A stretch of 64,000 nucleotides of DNA from positions 379,810 through 443,809 of the forward strand of contig RHPI01000772.1 of assembly GCA_009103225.1 (NCBI GenBank), written 5' to 3'. The position numbers were made by a program, and so were the translations under genes. The notes under the pieces were generated by a model, which was not told the origin of the DNA, did not search any database, and worked only from the letters and a program-made list of their open reading frames with translations. Positions within the stretch are counted from its first letter, which is position 1; each line of letters starts with the position of its first letter. The DNA is from Chlorokybus atmophyticus. Lineage: Eukaryota > Plantae > Mesostigma and Chlorokybus algae. Positions 63,401 to 64,000 of the stretch are shown one piece after another.

Positions 63401-63997
63401 CAGCTCTGGTGCTGACTTTGCAGTGTTTTCGCGCACCACACACAACCATGCAGCCTTTGCCTTCCGTGGAGACAATAACTTCCTCAATTGCACATAAGAG
63501 ATCTGGGCAATTGTCGTACCACCTAATTGTGCGTGCCGCGCCTCGATGACGTCCGATGCAGCTTGAATGGACTCTCCACCGTTTCGCTCGATGGTGAGCA
63601 CGCGCTTCCTCCAATTTATGGCTGGATTATGTTGCCATAGCCACGGTAGTCCCAAAATCCCATCAAACCCGTTCCGTAGGGTGATGCAGCAAAAGCGCAT
63701 GCTCTCCTTCATCTTCCCAATGCGAACGCACAACTCTTTGGTCATAAACGCAGCGCCATCACCTCCAGAGGGTGGCTCTCCATCAGGGAGCTTCACTTCA
63801 CCTCCTCGTAATGACGAAAGCCAACCGTAACGCCGCGCGATATCAATACTCATGAAGTTGCTGTTGGCACCGCTATCAATCATGAGCTTACACTCTCTCC
63901 ATCGTCCTTGGTCATCGCAAATGTGTGCTCGAAGCCCGAAGTACTTTGTTGTCTCCTCGTTTGCATAACTCACCACCATTGGCGCGTTCAAAGCCAT
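60495..63997 (-). mobile_element. Ty3/gypsy chromovirus pol (PR-RT-RH-IN-chromodomain), one 1-nt frameshift; continues beyond the window
   Basis: MIDSGA protease; LRMCVDYRALN, YLDDIL RT; CDASD RNase H; AHD..GH..C..C and D,D35E integrase; GPF/Y-like WLGPFKV; chromodomain WEVEDIL...FLVKWKGYPLHEASWEP. A single base is missing between 62938 and 62937 (PEDVEKTAF). Confidence 0.96.
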
Positions 63998-64000
63998 CTC

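Overview
Eukaryotic nuclear DNA, intron-rich and dominated by transposable elements. The host genes look plant-like, so a streptophyte/green alga is my inference. Host genes: an 11-exon ZDP-type DNA 3'-phosphatase (minus strand) head-to-head with a 4-exon V-ATPase subunit c; a 5-exon, 196-aa orphan predicted to be an 8-stranded beta-barrel with a C-terminal beta-signal; and an inverted pair of disrupted secreted-protein paralogues (42-46.7 kb and 53.5-58.9 kb). Mobile DNA: two decayed Ty1/copia elements plus a fragment, a chromovirus-type Ty3/gypsy pol with its 3' LTR, an intact intron-containing hAT nested in copia, CRE/R2-like and L1-like non-LTR remnants, a small TRIM family (one copy folded back into a long hairpin), a Tc1/mariner-type MITE, and two related Gag-encoding LTR families. 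In those two families the PBS is complementary to the predicted transcript 5' end rather than to a tRNA, which is a Tf1-like self-priming signature. The most notable items are this self-priming lineage, the orphan beta-barrel, and an in-frame tandem duplication of a copia protease. There are three sizeable N gaps and several long G/C and (GA)n tracts. All exon structures and alignments were read by eye; no searches were run.
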